Shown piece after piece: positions 25,377 through 26,176 of a stretch of DNA of 26,176 nucleotides. The DNA is from a virus (Duplodnaviria > Caudoviricetes). The notes under the pieces were generated by a model. That model worked only from the letters and a program-made list of their open reading frames with translations, was not told the origin of the DNA and did not search any database. Both the position numbers and the translations under genes were made by a program. The stretch lies in IMG/VR virus record IMGVR_UViG_3300047545_000482, positions 1 through 26,176 of that record; one strand, written 5' to 3'. Within the stretch, counting starts at the first letter, position 1, and the number at the start of each line of letters is the position of its first letter.

Positions 25377-25669
25377 GAGAAGAGGCTCTCCCAAAAGCCT
25401 TTCTTTGTAGATTGCTCCTCATTAACCTTTACGCACCTAGTCTTATGTACCCACTGGTGACCGATTTTATCGGTCTTAAACAGACCGGTGTCGCCACTAA
25501 TGGACTCGCAAACGAGCTTCTCAGTGGAAGTCATTTCTGACTCAAACTTTGTGCCGCAAGATATGCGCTGCCAGACATACGGATACGTAACCCAATAAAA
25601 TTGGCCCACAACAAGGGCACTAGGATCAGCGGGAGGAGTCCACATGCCAGATGGATTAAAATCGTTCAT
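25373..25669 (-). CDS. hypothetical protein
   Basis: 98-aa ORF. Confidence 0.65.
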   Translation of the reverse strand: MNDFNPSGMWTPPADPSALVVGQFYWVTYPYVWQRISCGTKFESEMTSTEKLVCESISGDTGLFKTDKIGHQWVHKTRCVKVNEEQSTKKGFWESLFS

Positions 25670-25706
25670 TTTAGCAACTCCGCTATCATTTTTAATTGCT
25701 TACTAA

Positions 25707-26027
25707 TCATTGGTAATAAATATCAAGATAATACGCCAGATCACAAAGCGGAATATCATACGGTAATGATGGGTAATTACCCCCTTCTCTGTTTATCCAA
25801 ATATTACGTTTATGGTCATAAGCCAACCCATCTTCGCCAATTCTTTCCTGCTCCGTTCTCAGTACATGACGATAGATCTTCTTGTCTTTATTCTCGATCT
25901 CGGACGACCAAGCTACCAACGCATTAAGCAGTCGCGAATCCTCAGAATCGTTAAAGGGCGGGGTCACAAGGTTATAGCTAAACCAGTGTCCTTTAATTCG
26001 GGTCAATTCTATGGTCGCTTTATTCAT
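25707..26027 (-). CDS. hypothetical protein
   Basis: 106-aa ORF. Confidence 0.7.
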   Translation of the reverse strand: MNKATIELTRIKGHWFSYNLVTPPFNDSEDSRLLNALVAWSSEIENKDKKIYRHVLRTEQERIGEDGLAYDHKRNIWINREGGNYPSLPYDIPLCDLAYYLDIYYQ

Positions 26028-26030
26028 AGT

Positions 26031-26099
26031 CTATTTCAATAGCTCCGCCACCGTTCTCGGCTTCTTATTTACCACAATATCTTCGCCCACTTTAGTCAT
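26031..26099 (-). CDS. 22-aa leaderless small ORF MTKVGEDIVVNKKPRTVAELLK
   Basis: ATG 6 nt after a -10 box; TAG ends 3 nt before the next ATG; below the ORF-track cut-off. Confidence 0.45.
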   Translation of the reverse strand: MTKVGEDIVVNKKPRTVAELLK

Positions 26100-26105
26100 C
26101 TCTAA

Positions 26106-26134
26106 CTTATACTCTGTTTGCGTGGGAATGTCAA
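26106..26134 (-). promoter_or_regulatory. sigma70-type promoter (leaderless geometry)
   Basis: TTGACA-17 nt-TATAAG-6 nt-ATG. Confidence 0.65.
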
Positions 26135-26176
26135 GAGAAAAAGTTGCCCAATCACGCGCAAGCTGGGCTTGACCAT

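Noticed and set aside
274-26042. Plus-strand ORFs in the track, including 3181-3642, 3455-3886 and 4740-4982
   Set aside because: They lie opposite well-supported minus-strand genes or the tmRNA and show no recognisable motifs. Those in the cassette array deserve a homology check because they have the classical cassette orientation
1-26176. Alternative genetic code (stop-codon reassignment)
   Set aside because: Conserved genes are full length in the standard code, and TAA, TGA and TAG all occur as plausible stops

Overview
This window looks like part of a large dsDNA bacteriophage genome. Essentially all credible genes lie on the minus strand, tightly packed with ATGA/TAATG overlaps, in the standard genetic code. 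The right two-thirds is a replication/recombination module: RecA/UvsX-like recombinase, metallophosphoesterase, DnaB-like helicase, DnaG-like primase, Cas4/AddB-like nuclease, two orphan DNA methyltransferases, a nucleotidyltransferase, and a C-family polymerase split into three genes (degenerate PHP, DnaQ-like exonuclease, DnaE core). Four free-standing homing-endonuclease-like genes are interleaved. The left third holds small accessory genes and two elements the ORF track misses. (1) A tmRNA (4706-5102, minus) with an unusually long 28-aa tag, flanked by structured non-coding segments. (2) A GC-rich array of three integron-like gene cassettes (3024-4254), each with complementary core/inverse-core sites and attC-like hairpins, with no integrase in the window. 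Its genes run opposite to the normal cassette orientation, and two of them take their start codon, stop codon and termini from the attC sites. This reversed, protein-coding attC array in a phage is the best candidate for an undescribed system. All calls come from reading the sequence by eye; no searches or folding programs were run.
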